Source: a virus
Virus record (IMG/VR): IMGVR_UViG_3300001683_000016
Coordinates: 51,555 to 115,554 of that record
Reading direction: 5' to 3' (one strand)
Length of the DNA: 64,000 nt
Shown: piece by piece, positions 8,162 to 18,222 of the stretch
Numbering within the stretch: position 1 is the stretch's first letter
Layout: each line of letters opens with the position of its first letter
The notes under the pieces: model-generated
What the model was told of the DNA's origin: nothing
The model's input: the letters and a program-made list of their open reading frames with translations, nothing else
Database searches by the model: none
Program-made: the position numbers and the translations under genes

Positions 8162-8562
8162 TACCTGTATCGGATTTAATGCAAGTTCAACATCCGGGTT
8201 ATCGTACTTTTATACAATCTAATACTATGTCCGCTATGCATTATCCTTTATTTTTTGATTATTGTATATGTGTATCAGAAAGATTTAGACATTATGCATA
8301 TCAAGAGGCTAATGTACTAATTAATGAAAATAGTCTTATGCATATAATAGATTGCATAAAACAATTAGATGATACCGATGAGCCTGAAATAGTATTACCG
8401 TTGAGAGAACAGATAAGACATTCATGTTACGAGTTCTTAGAACATTGTAATGATATGTCTACTAAATTCAAAAGCCCAACCAGTATTTCTTTATTTTATA
8501 ATGAGTTAGGACAACTCGTGATGCAGACCGCTTTTGAGTTTGCGGGGGTACAACATGAGTAA
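8158..8562 (+). CDS. Hypothetical protein
   Basis: 134-aa ORF, ATGA-coupled, ggagg RBS. Confidence 0.55.
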   Translation: MIPVSDLMQVQHPGYRTFIQSNTMSAMHYPLFFDYCICVSERFRHYAYQEANVLINENSLMHIIDCIKQLDDTDEPEIVLPLREQIRHSCYEFLEHCNDMSTKFKSPTSISLFYNELGQLVMQTAFEFAGVQHE

Positions 8563-9955
8563 GCCAGTAAAGATTTTGAAGTCAGGTATGACTAGTACTG
8601 GTAGCGATACTCGTATGTATGGACCGAGAAGTGAATCCTCTCACATGTTCCATGGTAATCACGAAGATGAAGGGGATGTTTACGGTGGAGAAGGGGGTGA
8701 ATATCGTGATGCAAGAATTGACCGCAAAAAGAAAGAACGTAAAGAAAGAGAATCTGAAATGAAGAAGTTAAGACATATTTCAGTAACTACAGCAGATTTA
8801 CCTCCTGAAGATGAGGAAGAAAAAGATAAAGACTTAGAACCGACAAAATTCGATAATGAACTTGAGCCTTCTTTAATGACCGGTACTCCGGGTAATTTTG
8901 GTGCTATGACTAGTATGGCTAATCAAGCAAGGGGGCCGGGTTTTGCCGGTGGGCATAATTTTGCTATGGGAGAACCAATGAATATAGCGTTCCAGTTATT
9001 GAAAGGCGGGAGAGCCGGTTTTATAGGTAAAAAACCAAAGAGGGCGAAGGGTGCTAAAGCAGCAAGAGCGCATAAAGAAAGGCAGAAGAAATGGAGGCCA
9101 TCTACTGGTGAGTTCAAAAGGCCGCCGGGTGGTATGACACCGGCTAGTGCTACATCTAGAAGAGCAAAGGCAAGAATGCGAGGTATTGCCGGTAGCAAGA
9201 AAACAGGGTTAGGTAGAGCACATCTTGCTGTCGAAATGTCTCACAGAGGTGTAAAAACTAAACAGCCTATGTCGAAAGATGTAAAGAGATATAGACAATA
9301 CCTAGGACAGTCTGAAGCAAGAAAGCGTTTAGGTAACATACGAACTATTTCTTCTACACCTTCTAGATTTGGTGCACGTTCATACAAAGCGGGGTTAACT
9401 GGCGGTGGTACACTACAAAGTCTACTCCCCGGACAAGCCCAACAAATGAGAAGACCATCACTTAGGTCAATTAGACCTCCACCGTTAATGCCACCTTCTG
9501 CACCTAGTAGAGCCACTTTACCTTCACCTTCCATACCGAGTCCTCCTGTAATGTCCCAACCAAGAATGGGAGTTGGGGTGCAAAGCATGTCCAACCAAAG
9601 TCCAACTTATAGACCTAAGTTACCTAGTTCTTCAATACAAGGTGCACCTGTAATGACTGGTGAGATTGGAGAAGGTAGTGAACTACAAAAAAGGGGACTA
9701 TCATACTATGACACCACAGAATTAAGACAATTACTCCTTGATGCTAAAAGAGCCTTGAACCGTAAAGAGAATAAGAAAAAGGGTAAAGGAGAGAGAAGTA
9801 CAGATGCTGCTAGTCATTTACCCGCCCATACAGAAGCAGGCCCGAAACAGACCACAAGACCTGAAGGCGCTACAGAAGATGCAAATAATGAGCCTCGCAC
9901 ATTTGGTATTAATCCTCTAGACCATCTTACAAGTAGAGGCGGTAGAACACCTTGA
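8555..9955 (+). CDS. Low-complexity putative internal head protein: acidic segment, GEPMNIAFQLLK tag, very basic segment, Pro-rich segment
   Basis: ORF track 8534..9955; ATG 8555 gives MSKPVKILKSG; fifth tag copy at 8969. Confidence 0.65.
   Translation: MSKPVKILKSGMTSTGSDTRMYGPRSESSHMFHGNHEDEGDVYGGEGGEYRDARIDRKKKERKERESEMKKLRHISVTTADLPPEDEEEKDKDLEPTKFDNELEPSLMTGTPGNFGAMTSMANQARGPGFAGGHNFAMGEPMNIAFQLLKGGRAGFIGKKPKRAKGAKAARAHKERQKKWRPSTGEFKRPPGGMTPASATSRRAKARMRGIAGSKKTGLGRAHLAVEMSHRGVKTKQPMSKDVKRYRQYLGQSEARKRLGNIRTISSTPSRFGARSYKAGLTGGGTLQSLLPGQAQQMRRPSLRSIRPPPLMPPSAPSRATLPSPSIPSPPVMSQPRMGVGVQSMSNQSPTYRPKLPSSSIQGAPVMTGEIGEGSELQKRGLSYYDTTELRQLLLDAKRALNRKENKKKGKGERSTDAASHLPAHTEAGPKQTTRPEGATEDANNEPRTFGINPLDHLTSRGGRTP
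8969..9004 (+). repeat. Tag repeat, copy 5 (GEPMNIAFQLLK), synonymously diverged
   Basis: ggagaaccaatgaatatagcgttccagttattgaaa; same peptide as copy 4 with several synonymous changes. Confidence 0.9.
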
Positions 9956-12369
9956 TTGACTCATTCATCATAATGAAATCTCTTTTACTTAGAAAGGGAG
10001 ACGGTAATTACAACCTGTTTGCAGGCCAATTACAAGCCTTGAGATACCCTCCACCTGATTCTCATAATCCTGACCCTGACGGAATGGATATTCCAGCATT
10101 CGCACACACCGGAGCACATGGTGAAAAAGAATCAGGTATTCCCGGCGTAGGTCAGGTATATCCCGGTCAATGGAAAAAAGGAATGCATGGAGAAAATGTC
10201 TACGGTGATGAATCGGGCGGAGAACACATGCATGGTATTGACGGCATTATACGAGCAGTTGGTGATTCTCTTTTACAACACGGTATTAAAGTACCTGCTA
10301 AAGATGTAATACAAAAAGCCATAGACATGCATAATCAAGACCATAAAGAAAATAATCATTTACCAAATGTAGATGACGTTGCTTGGAGAAAAATATATTT
10401 ATCGCCATTAACAGAACAAGACCATAGAGTTAGAGGTAACTATGACCAAGATGGTAATTTAACAACAACATATACTAACAGGCATGGTGATGACCATAGA
10501 AATGGTACTTATTTAGAATCTTATGCAGTACCGTTCAATAATCAACTTGGTCAAGTTATGGGTGAGTTAGGTCATCCTACACCCCAACAACATAGTTGGA
10601 TAAAGAAACCTTACGTTAAACCACATAGATTACATTTAGTTCCTGATGGAGAGGGCGGAATGGAATTTGGCGCACAAGCGGTTGACACAGGTAAAGTAAC
10701 TGATGGGAGAATACAACCGAGTCAAGCAGCAAAATGGGGAGGTAGAATGCCTGATAGTAGAGCCTTTCAAAATATATCATCTTGGGGTATTGCACATCAT
10801 TACCCAAACACATATTACATTCCTCAAAGAGACGCAGCCCCCGGACAAAAAAGCCAACCAAGAACACAAACAATTAATAGTTTTCTTCATCATATGGCTT
10901 TAACGACTGGGAAAGACAGAGATGGTATTCTGAGTAATCTGATAGTTGATAGTTCAGGTGCTATGAAACATTTAGCAAACATACCGGGAGAAATAAACGG
11001 TAAACCGATAAAAGCGTTATTACAAACCCCTGAAGGACAATTAGAGGCAGCAAAATATTTCTCTCAGTTTCCAGCATTTCAAGCAGTTTATGGAGAAAAT
11101 AGAAATCCTAAATTTAATGAAGACGGTAGTGTGAAACAACCGGGTCAAACTGTTGGAAGAATGAATCATTTTTATGGTCAAAGATATGGTGATACAGCAG
11201 AAGAAGGAAAAGGATTCGACCACTTTATGAGCCATAGTAGTAAAATTGGTGTTGAACACCAATTAACTGGTAAAATAGGCCATCATAATAGAGCAAAAGA
11301 TGCTTGGAGTAATGTTGTGCTTGCAGCATCGCAAGGAATTAACCACATGGATGATGAAATATCTCCTGAGGATTTACAGGCCGCTAATATTAATTTGCAC
11401 GATACTCCTGAAACTAGGGCTAATGCTCCAAATATAAAAGCAATACTAGACCATTTGTTTCACACCCACACTATAGCAGGTGGACACGAAAGAAAAGAAA
11501 TACCTACACAAGAAGAATTACAACAACTACAACCTATTGTAGATAATATAATTCAAGGTGGAACACATGAAGATAGAACTCAACTTGGCGTACCTGACTA
11601 TATTAGATATTCAGAGATGCCTAATTCTATGACACCTGTGGGTGCATCTATGCAGCCTGAAGAAAGTTCGTTAAAACCTAGAGATGGAAACGCAAAGGGT
11701 CAAGGCGGTGCACCTCTTCCGATTACCGGCGGGGCGGCGACGGCTGCAACTAATGCCGCACCACCACCTCAAACTCCACCACCTCAAACTCCACCTCAAC
11801 AAATTGGTGTTATGCAAGGCCAACCTGCTAATGCTCCAAATTATCCTCCCCAAATGACATATGATAGAGGTCAAAGATTATCACAACCTGAATCTATGAA
11901 CTTAACGCCACAACAAAGACAAAGGTTACAATTTGCAAACGCTCCTCAAAATGAAGTAGCACAAACAATGAGACAATCGGGCGCTGCGCCACAGAGAGCA
12001 CCTTTAACTCCTGATAGAATGCAACAATTTCAACAAAATGTAGGAGACCCTTATCAGAGATTCATATCGCAATATGCTAAAAGTTCTGATAATCCTAATG
12101 CTGCTAAAGAAAGATTAATCAAAGCGGTTGAAATATTACAAATAGAAGATGCAAGAAATGATAATGAAATAATCAAACACATGCCTTCAACACAATTAAG
12201 TGTAAATTCAATTACAGATATTCTATATTTAGCGAAAATGTTAGAGATTACATCTATGGATGTTAGTACAATCTTAAACACTAAAGGCGATTGGCAAAGA
12301 ATATCCAAGACATACGGTTATTCAGATAGAGTAGTTAAAGTAGTCAAGGTTTCATTCGGAGGTATCTAA
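9952..12369 (+). CDS. Hypothetical His/Gln/Pro-rich protein, possibly head-associated
   Basis: 805-aa ORF; hydrophobic-x-K|[SGA] motifs at both ends (IIMKS, LLRKG, YAKS, LIKA). Confidence 0.6.
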   Translation: MIDSFIIMKSLLLRKGDGNYNLFAGQLQALRYPPPDSHNPDPDGMDIPAFAHTGAHGEKESGIPGVGQVYPGQWKKGMHGENVYGDESGGEHMHGIDGIIRAVGDSLLQHGIKVPAKDVIQKAIDMHNQDHKENNHLPNVDDVAWRKIYLSPLTEQDHRVRGNYDQDGNLTTTYTNRHGDDHRNGTYLESYAVPFNNQLGQVMGELGHPTPQQHSWIKKPYVKPHRLHLVPDGEGGMEFGAQAVDTGKVTDGRIQPSQAAKWGGRMPDSRAFQNISSWGIAHHYPNTYYIPQRDAAPGQKSQPRTQTINSFLHHMALTTGKDRDGILSNLIVDSSGAMKHLANIPGEINGKPIKALLQTPEGQLEAAKYFSQFPAFQAVYGENRNPKFNEDGSVKQPGQTVGRMNHFYGQRYGDTAEEGKGFDHFMSHSSKIGVEHQLTGKIGHHNRAKDAWSNVVLAASQGINHMDDEISPEDLQAANINLHDTPETRANAPNIKAILDHLFHTHTIAGGHERKEIPTQEELQQLQPIVDNIIQGGTHEDRTQLGVPDYIRYSEMPNSMTPVGASMQPEESSLKPRDGNAKGQGGAPLPITGGAATAATNAAPPPQTPPPQTPPQQIGVMQGQPANAPNYPPQMTYDRGQRLSQPESMNLTPQQRQRLQFANAPQNEVAQTMRQSGAAPQRAPLTPDRMQQFQQNVGDPYQRFISQYAKSSDNPNAAKERLIKAVEILQIEDARNDNEIIKHMPSTQLSVNSITDILYLAKMLEITSMDVSTILNTKGDWQRISKTYGYSDRVVKVVKVSFGGI

Positions 12370-12996
12370 ATGGGTAAGGTTTACGTTATTAGAAAAGAAG
12401 GTACACAACCGGGATTTACTAATTCAACTGCTGGTATAGTCGCAGGTGGGAATGGAGCGCAAGTTATGCTAACTCCGGGTGGCGGGAATCGCCCTGATGC
12501 AGCATCTTTTGGCCCTGCGCAATTTGACGATAAGAATGAACAAATAAGCGGTACAGGAGAATACGGTCCACAAGGTTCTTATCAAAACAGATTTGCACAA
12601 TTTGGAGATAAATATGGTCGTTTGGCTAGATATGGTCTTGCTGGAGCAGGTGCTTTAAATTCATTTTACAATACTACGTCTAGTGGAGAACCGGGTGCTT
12701 TGAGTGCGGGTGCAATGGGTGGCTACACAGGATGGCTAGGTTCAGGAGGTACTGAAAGAGGCGCTGCAAACTTAGGAAGTCGATTCGGTGCACGTTTAGA
12801 TAGAAGAAATACTACTGGTGAAATTAGTGAACAAGAGGAAGAAGGAGAAGAAGTCGGTCCTGATGGTAATAATCCAATAACGTCAGCATTGGATAGTTTA
12901 CGGCCTAAGAAGGTCGTTGGACCTAAACAAACTACTCTAAATGATTTTGAAAATAATAATAATAAATATAACATGAATAATTTGCGTGGTTATTAA
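12370..12996 (+). CDS. Gly-rich hypothetical protein, possibly ejected or membrane-interacting
   Basis: 208 aa; ggagg RBS; MGKVYVIRKEG leader; Gly/Ala-rich hydrophobic stretches. Confidence 0.6.
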   Translation: MGKVYVIRKEGTQPGFTNSTAGIVAGGNGAQVMLTPGGGNRPDAASFGPAQFDDKNEQISGTGEYGPQGSYQNRFAQFGDKYGRLARYGLAGAGALNSFYNTTSSGEPGALSAGAMGGYTGWLGSGGTERGAANLGSRFGARLDRRNTTGEISEQEEEGEEVGPDGNNPITSALDSLRPKKVVGPKQTTLNDFENNNNKYNMNNLRGY

Positions 12997-14479
12997 AATG
13001 TCAAAAAGCAAAGAAGAAATGGAAGCATTTATTCTTAATATTGACACGGAGATGTCTAAGAAATCATTCAAGTATTTTTTTGTAGATATGCTAGGTTTCT
13101 TGTACAATCATCATCATGAGTCTTGGAAAGTAGGTTTAGAAGAATCACAGTATTATTGCGTAAAGGCTTCACGCGACCATGGTAAATCTGTTTTCTTTAT
13201 GATGTATGCTTTATGGTTAGCGGCATATAAACCTAATACTCACGTCATGATATTCTCACATTCACTCGAACAGACACTTGAACACATGAGATTTGTACGT
13301 AATATAATAGAGGGTAGTGATTTATTGAGACATCTAAAACCACAGGGTAAACCTTGGGCTAAATCGTACTTCGAGTTTTCTAACGGTAGTCGTATGATGG
13401 CGAAGTCAGTTGGGGGTGCAACTCGTGGTTTCCACCCCGACATAGTAGTGTGTGATGATATTTTATGGGGTACTACCGCCAGTGAACTTGCTAAAACAGC
13501 AGATTGGTTCTATGGTGTTTTGTTACCTGTACTTCACCACAGCAGTAAACTGATGATGGTAGGTACTCCGTTTAGTTACAATGATTTGTATGCAGAATTA
13601 GAAGAGAAAGAAACATTTCGTGTTGAGACATATCCTGCGATAAATGAAGAGGGTGTTGCGCTATGGCCTGAGAGATGGGATTTAGGCGCACTAGAACATA
13701 GAAGAATGTCTATGCCCGCTATACAATTTTCACGTGAATATCTTTGTGAACCAATACATGACGTAGCCAGTATGTTTCCCGGCCCTATGTTAGAAAAATG
13801 TAGAGACCCGAAATTAGTTCTTTTAGATAGAGCAGAGACAAATTACAATGAGGAAGGTGAAGCAGATGGTGTATTTGGTCAACACTTTATTGGACATGAC
13901 CCCGCTATATCTTCTGACAAAAATGCTGATTTTACCGCTATGACTGTAATGAGACAAAAACCGGATGAAATAATAAAAGAAATTGTCCATGTTGTACATG
14001 AAAGAGGAATGTCGTCAATGGCTCAGAAAAGAATGATGGTGCTATTAAATAGTAAGTTTAGTCCTGATTTAATTGAACTTGAAGGAAATAACTTTCAAAG
14101 AATGTTAGAACAAGAAATGAGAGAATTGAGAGCAGATATGCCTATTCGAGTATTTATGACTACACGTACAAAGAAAGAATCTCTTTTCATGTCCTTACTT
14201 CTCGCATTTGAGCAAGGACATATAAAACTTCCATATGGTGATGAGAGGAGCAGGGCTTACACTCATAAAGTGGAACAAGAATTGAATAGATTCGGTATGC
14301 AGAAAAGTGGAAAGTTAGAAAGTGTGGGCGTTCATGACGATTTGGCTATGAGTCTTGCGCTTGCTAATTGGGCTTCTAAAGAGTTCAAAGGTAGCGTTAC
14401 ACTCTTAGATGATTATATGCCCGGATTTGATGAGTGGTTCGCAGGGGATAGCAAAACAGACTCTCTGATGATACCTTGA
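12986..14479 (+). CDS. terL: Terminase large subunit
   Basis: Walker A ASRDHGKS, Walker B IVVCDD, VGTP coupling motif, RNase H-like GHDPA...HDDLAMS. Confidence 0.93.
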   Translation: MVIKMSKSKEEMEAFILNIDTEMSKKSFKYFFVDMLGFLYNHHHESWKVGLEESQYYCVKASRDHGKSVFFMMYALWLAAYKPNTHVMIFSHSLEQTLEHMRFVRNIIEGSDLLRHLKPQGKPWAKSYFEFSNGSRMMAKSVGGATRGFHPDIVVCDDILWGTTASELAKTADWFYGVLLPVLHHSSKLMMVGTPFSYNDLYAELEEKETFRVETYPAINEEGVALWPERWDLGALEHRRMSMPAIQFSREYLCEPIHDVASMFPGPMLEKCRDPKLVLLDRAETNYNEEGEADGVFGQHFIGHDPAISSDKNADFTAMTVMRQKPDEIIKEIVHVVHERGMSSMAQKRMMVLLNSKFSPDLIELEGNNFQRMLEQEMRELRADMPIRVFMTTRTKKESLFMSLLLAFEQGHIKLPYGDERSRAYTHKVEQELNRFGMQKSGKLESVGVHDDLAMSLALANWASKEFKGSVTLLDDYMPGFDEWFAGDSKTDSLMIP

Positions 14480-14482
14480 GGT

Positions 14483-14506
14483 GATGAAGATGAAGATGAA
14501 GATGAA
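14483..14506 (+). repeat. (GATGAA)x4 microsatellite
   Basis: gatgaagatgaagatgaagatgaa immediately after the terL stop. Confidence 0.9.
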
Positions 14507-14559
14507 TGGTACAATAATAGATAATGAGGATATAAATACTAGTACGTGGGTGTGATAAT

Positions 14560-15702
14560 TTGAATACTTTTTCTAAGAACAATGATGGTTGGTTTGAAGC
14601 CAATTTAGGTTATTCTGCATCTGATTTAGTATATCGTTTAAGGAAAGCGAGAAGAAGTAATAAAGATGAAAAAGAATTTATTGATAAAGCAATAGATGAC
14701 ATACGCACATTGAAGAGTATGGAATTGGATGCTACAATAGATGCTCATGAATGGTGTGGTAAATATTCCGATGTGATTAAACAATTAGGAATGTCGGATG
14801 ATAATATGAAAGCATTAAGAAAGTTTGGAGACTCACGTAGTGTTGGTTTACAAAGAGCATGTCATCAATGGGAAAAAGCAGATATTACTTTGAAAATGTT
14901 AGAAGAATATGAAGATGTGTGGGCTGATGAACAAAAAAAAGCATGGGTCGCTGCTATGGATGGCAAAAGAGATGCTAGAAAGATATGGAAGGCTACGTTA
15001 CATCAAATGGATAGATTAACTGATAAAGAACGAGAGGCAATAAATAAAAGTTCTGAAATTCTATTACAAAAAGGTGCTATGAGTGGAAGAATTTTGTTTG
15101 CTAATTTACATGATAGAAATGTATTACATAAAAGTATGACATCAATGAAATTAGCAAAGTTACTTAGTATGTATGGAGAAGAAGTAGATATTATTGCAGG
15201 TGCAACGAGAGGTACATTTGTAAAAATGAGTAGAACAGGATTAATCATAAAAGACCCATGGGCTTACGCTGCTGGATTTTTAGACGCTGATGGTTACATA
15301 ACTATTACTGGTAGGGGTGAACCTAGGGCGGGTTTTATAGCAACGGGTACTAGAGGTAAAGTACATTGTGAACAATTACAAAAAACATTAGATTGCGGTA
15401 TTTTACAGTTAGACCAAAAAATTTACAAAGATGGTCAAAGAAGTCAACATAGACTACAATTTTATTCTAAGGCTGATATAAGTAAATTATTGAAAGGAAT
15501 ATTACCTTTCTTAGAAATGAAGAAAACACAGGCTAAAGCAGTTCTTGCATATATTGAAGAAAACGACGGCTTAAAGAAAGAAGAACTAAAGAAAGTGGTA
15601 AGATACTACAATTGGAGCGATGACACCAATAAGTCGAATGCCCTCCTTTCGGAATGGGGAGTACAGGCTGACGATATAAATAAGTGGGCAGAGGCGATAT
15701 AA
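14560..15702 (+). CDS. LAGLIDADG endonuclease-domain protein with long helical N-terminal extension
   Basis: YAAGFLDADGYI motif in the C-terminal ~150 aa; sits between terL and portal. Confidence 0.8.
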   Translation: MNTFSKNNDGWFEANLGYSASDLVYRLRKARRSNKDEKEFIDKAIDDIRTLKSMELDATIDAHEWCGKYSDVIKQLGMSDDNMKALRKFGDSRSVGLQRACHQWEKADITLKMLEEYEDVWADEQKKAWVAAMDGKRDARKIWKATLHQMDRLTDKEREAINKSSEILLQKGAMSGRILFANLHDRNVLHKSMTSMKLAKLLSMYGEEVDIIAGATRGTFVKMSRTGLIIKDPWAYAAGFLDADGYITITGRGEPRAGFIATGTRGKVHCEQLQKTLDCGILQLDQKIYKDGQRSQHRLQFYSKADISKLLKGILPFLEMKKTQAKAVLAYIEENDGLKKEELKKVVRYYNWSDDTNKSNALLSEWGVQADDINKWAEAI

Positions 15703-15703
15703 T

Positions 15704-17452
15704 ATGGCAGAAGAGCAAGGAAGAATAGGTCGTTTGATATCTGCGTTAGGTAGTCCTTTCAGAAGTCGTACGACACCCGAACCGCAAATGCCGTTGTATA
15801 CAACCGGTATTCAAGAACCTGTATTAGCACAAGGAATTACAATTCCAGCATTGTACGCAGTATCACAAGAGAATTTAATTTTACGTACCGTGATATCTAA
15901 ATTAAGTCAAGAGATATTTAGAAGAGGATATTATTGGGAAAAGAAATTCCAACACAAGTGTATAGATTGTGGAGAAGAGTACAAACAAGAAGCAGAAGAT
16001 TGTAGTTTATGCGGAGGGCAATTAAAACAACCCGATGTACAACAACTACTCTACCCTAAATGGTTATTAGAACAGCAAAATTCAATGGAACAAGATTTCA
16101 TGCACGTTCTACAAGAAATAGAAAGAGACTTAGAGGTGGTTGATGATGCATTTTTAATTTGTATAAAAGAATACTTTGTAGACCCTGAAGATTCTGATAT
16201 CAAGTTTTATAGAGTAAAAGAGGTAATTAGAGGTGACCCCATATTTATGAGAATAATTTCTGATAAGCGCGGTGTACGCGGTGGGCGATACAAGGTATGC
16301 CCTTTACATCGAGACCAAATTTCTTATCCCGGTCAAGACGATAAGTGCGAAGTTTGTGGTAATAATATGCAAGAAGCACATTATGCTAATATGGCTGGAA
16401 GTGGTAAAACACAATATTACCTTGAAGGTGAAGTAATACATCTTAGTAAATATAATCCATCTAAATTGTACGGTAGAAGTCCAGTAAACACAATGTGGAG
16501 ACAAGCAATGACTCTCACTGCGATGGATAATTACATGTATACATCGTATCAGAAGAGAAGAAGTCCTAAGGGGATTATTTCTGTTACTACTGATAATCTT
16601 GAATCAATGAAGTCCTTTTGGAAAGGTGTTGATGAGAAGATGGAAAGAGACCCACACTACATACCTAAAGTTGGTATTGAATCTGCTACAGGTAGAGGTG
16701 GTGTGAATTGGGTCAAGTTCATGGACACTTTAGAAGAAATGCAATATATACCTGTGAGAGATGAATTAAGAAATAGAATTGCGGCTTTCTATGGTGTTAG
16801 TAGTATTTTTATGATTGATAGCGGAAAGAGTGGTGGGCTAAACAACGAAGGTATGCAGATTCTTGTAACTAATCGTGCTGTCGAGTTTGGTCAGAAAGTA
16901 TATACACAAGTATTATTCCCTAGAATGTTAAAGCAAATGGAAGTAACAGATTGGAAATTAACTCTTTATCCAAATGAAGAAGAGGATGAAATTACACGAC
17001 TACGAAGAGATGAGATGGAAGTAAATCTTGCTCAAAGAATGATGATGCTTGGATATAAGCCTGAATTAATGGAACAGGGAGATAGGGATATTAGATTCAC
17101 ATACCGTCAAATGAATCAAGAGCAAGACGGTGCACCTCCAATGCCTCCGGGTATGCAACCACCACAAGGAATGTCACCCGGAAGCGGCGGTCCTATGGCT
17201 GCTGGTGGCGCTATGGGTCAACAAATGGGTGCACAACCGCCGGGATTATTGGCTAATGCTATGCCCCCATCTCAGCCGGGTGGAGAAGGTATGGGAATTA
17301 GAACCCCTAGAGGACCAGCCTCTCCGCAGAATAGAACAAGTGGAGGTATGGGTTCTCCTATGAGTAGTGTTCAGCAACGTGGACCAAAAAATTCCGTTGG
17401 ACAAGATAATTCTCGCGCTTTAATGAACTCTAGACGGATAAAGGGCGCATAA
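15704..17452 (+). CDS. Portal protein with zinc-ribbon insertions
   Basis: Position after terL; LYGRSP, IAAFYGVS and W-x-L-x-L portal-like motifs; CIDC/CSLC and CPLH/CEVC; P/G/M-rich tail. Confidence 0.85.
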   Translation: MAEEQGRIGRLISALGSPFRSRTTPEPQMPLYTTGIQEPVLAQGITIPALYAVSQENLILRTVISKLSQEIFRRGYYWEKKFQHKCIDCGEEYKQEAEDCSLCGGQLKQPDVQQLLYPKWLLEQQNSMEQDFMHVLQEIERDLEVVDDAFLICIKEYFVDPEDSDIKFYRVKEVIRGDPIFMRIISDKRGVRGGRYKVCPLHRDQISYPGQDDKCEVCGNNMQEAHYANMAGSGKTQYYLEGEVIHLSKYNPSKLYGRSPVNTMWRQAMTLTAMDNYMYTSYQKRRSPKGIISVTTDNLESMKSFWKGVDEKMERDPHYIPKVGIESATGRGGVNWVKFMDTLEEMQYIPVRDELRNRIAAFYGVSSIFMIDSGKSGGLNNEGMQILVTNRAVEFGQKVYTQVLFPRMLKQMEVTDWKLTLYPNEEEDEITRLRRDEMEVNLAQRMMMLGYKPELMEQGDRDIRFTYRQMNQEQDGAPPMPPGMQPPQGMSPGSGGPMAAGGAMGQQMGAQPPGLLANAMPPSQPGGEGMGIRTPRGPASPQNRTSGGMGSPMSSVQQRGPKNSVGQDNSRALMNSRRIKGA

Positions 17453-17460
17453 TTAAAGTA
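17453..17460 (+). promoter_or_regulatory. Putative TATA box
   Basis: ttaaagta about 27 nt upstream of GTG 17484. Confidence 0.35.
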
Positions 17461-17483
17461 GCATCGCATGTACGCAAAAGGCA

Positions 17484-17855
17484 GTGAATACCATGGACTT
17501 ATTAAAAATGCACCCAATGGCTAGAAAAATGACCGCCCATAATGAGGCTTTTGCAAAGGCCATTGAAGACGGAAACGCTAACGATGCACGCCAACACCTT
17601 AATGAAATTTTGAAGTACGCTGCTAACTTAGAAACGGATTTAGATTTCGTTGTTACAAAATCAGAAACTGAAGTAGTAACTCCTGAAAGTGGTTGGGAAC
17701 ACAGAAGTCCTGTATTGAAGTTCAATAAAACGGGTTCAAACTTTGACCCTTCAATGAGAGATAGACAATTAAAAGGTACAATAATTTCTGCAAGAACTAA
17801 TACAACAATGCGACCGGCAAGAGGAACTTTTGGTCGCTATTCGCCGGGTAAATAA
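17484..17855 (+). CDS. Small head-module protein
   Basis: 123 aa; several hydrophobic-x-K motifs (DLLKM, FAKA, VTKS). Confidence 0.6.
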   Translation: MNTMDLLKMHPMARKMTAHNEAFAKAIEDGNANDARQHLNEILKYAANLETDLDFVVTKSETEVVTPESGWEHRSPVLKFNKTGSNFDPSMRDRQLKGTIISARTNTTMRPARGTFGRYSPGK

Positions 17856-17870
17856 AATTGAGGCCATAAT

Positions 17871-18221
17871 ATGACAGAAGCAGATGTTACAGAACGTTTG
17901 ATGAACGCTCTTATTTCTAAAATGGAAACTATGGATAGAGATATTCAATCAGTACGTGCAGAAAACTCTGTATTAAGAGAAGCATTTGATAACCCACAAT
18001 TAATTTTAAGAAAAGCAGGTTATATGCCATATAATACACCTATGACAGAAAATGTAAGTGCTGATGTTTTTAGGTCTGATATGGATACTGTATCAGGAAA
18101 TGTAATGAAACAAGATGAGGGGAATCCTGATAAATATTCTAATGAACAAATTCACGAAATGAGTTGGGACGATATACATGATATGGCTGAACAACATAGA
18201 GAAGTAAAGGAGATGTACTAA
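17871..18221 (+). CDS. Scaffold-like coiled-coil protein
   Basis: N-terminal coiled coil; C-terminal MSWDDIHDMA matches MSWDEVHNLA at the end of the protease/scaffold. Confidence 0.6.
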   Translation: MTEADVTERLMNALISKMETMDRDIQSVRAENSVLREAFDNPQLILRKAGYMPYNTPMTENVSADVFRSDMDTVSGNVMKQDEGNPDKYSNEQIHEMSWDDIHDMAEQHREVKEMY

Positions 18222-18222
18222 A

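Noticed and set aside
14560-15702. LAGLIDADG as part of an intein or intron splitting terL or portal
   Set aside because: terL has a complete nuclease domain and its own stop, the portal has its own start, and no intein splice residues are evident
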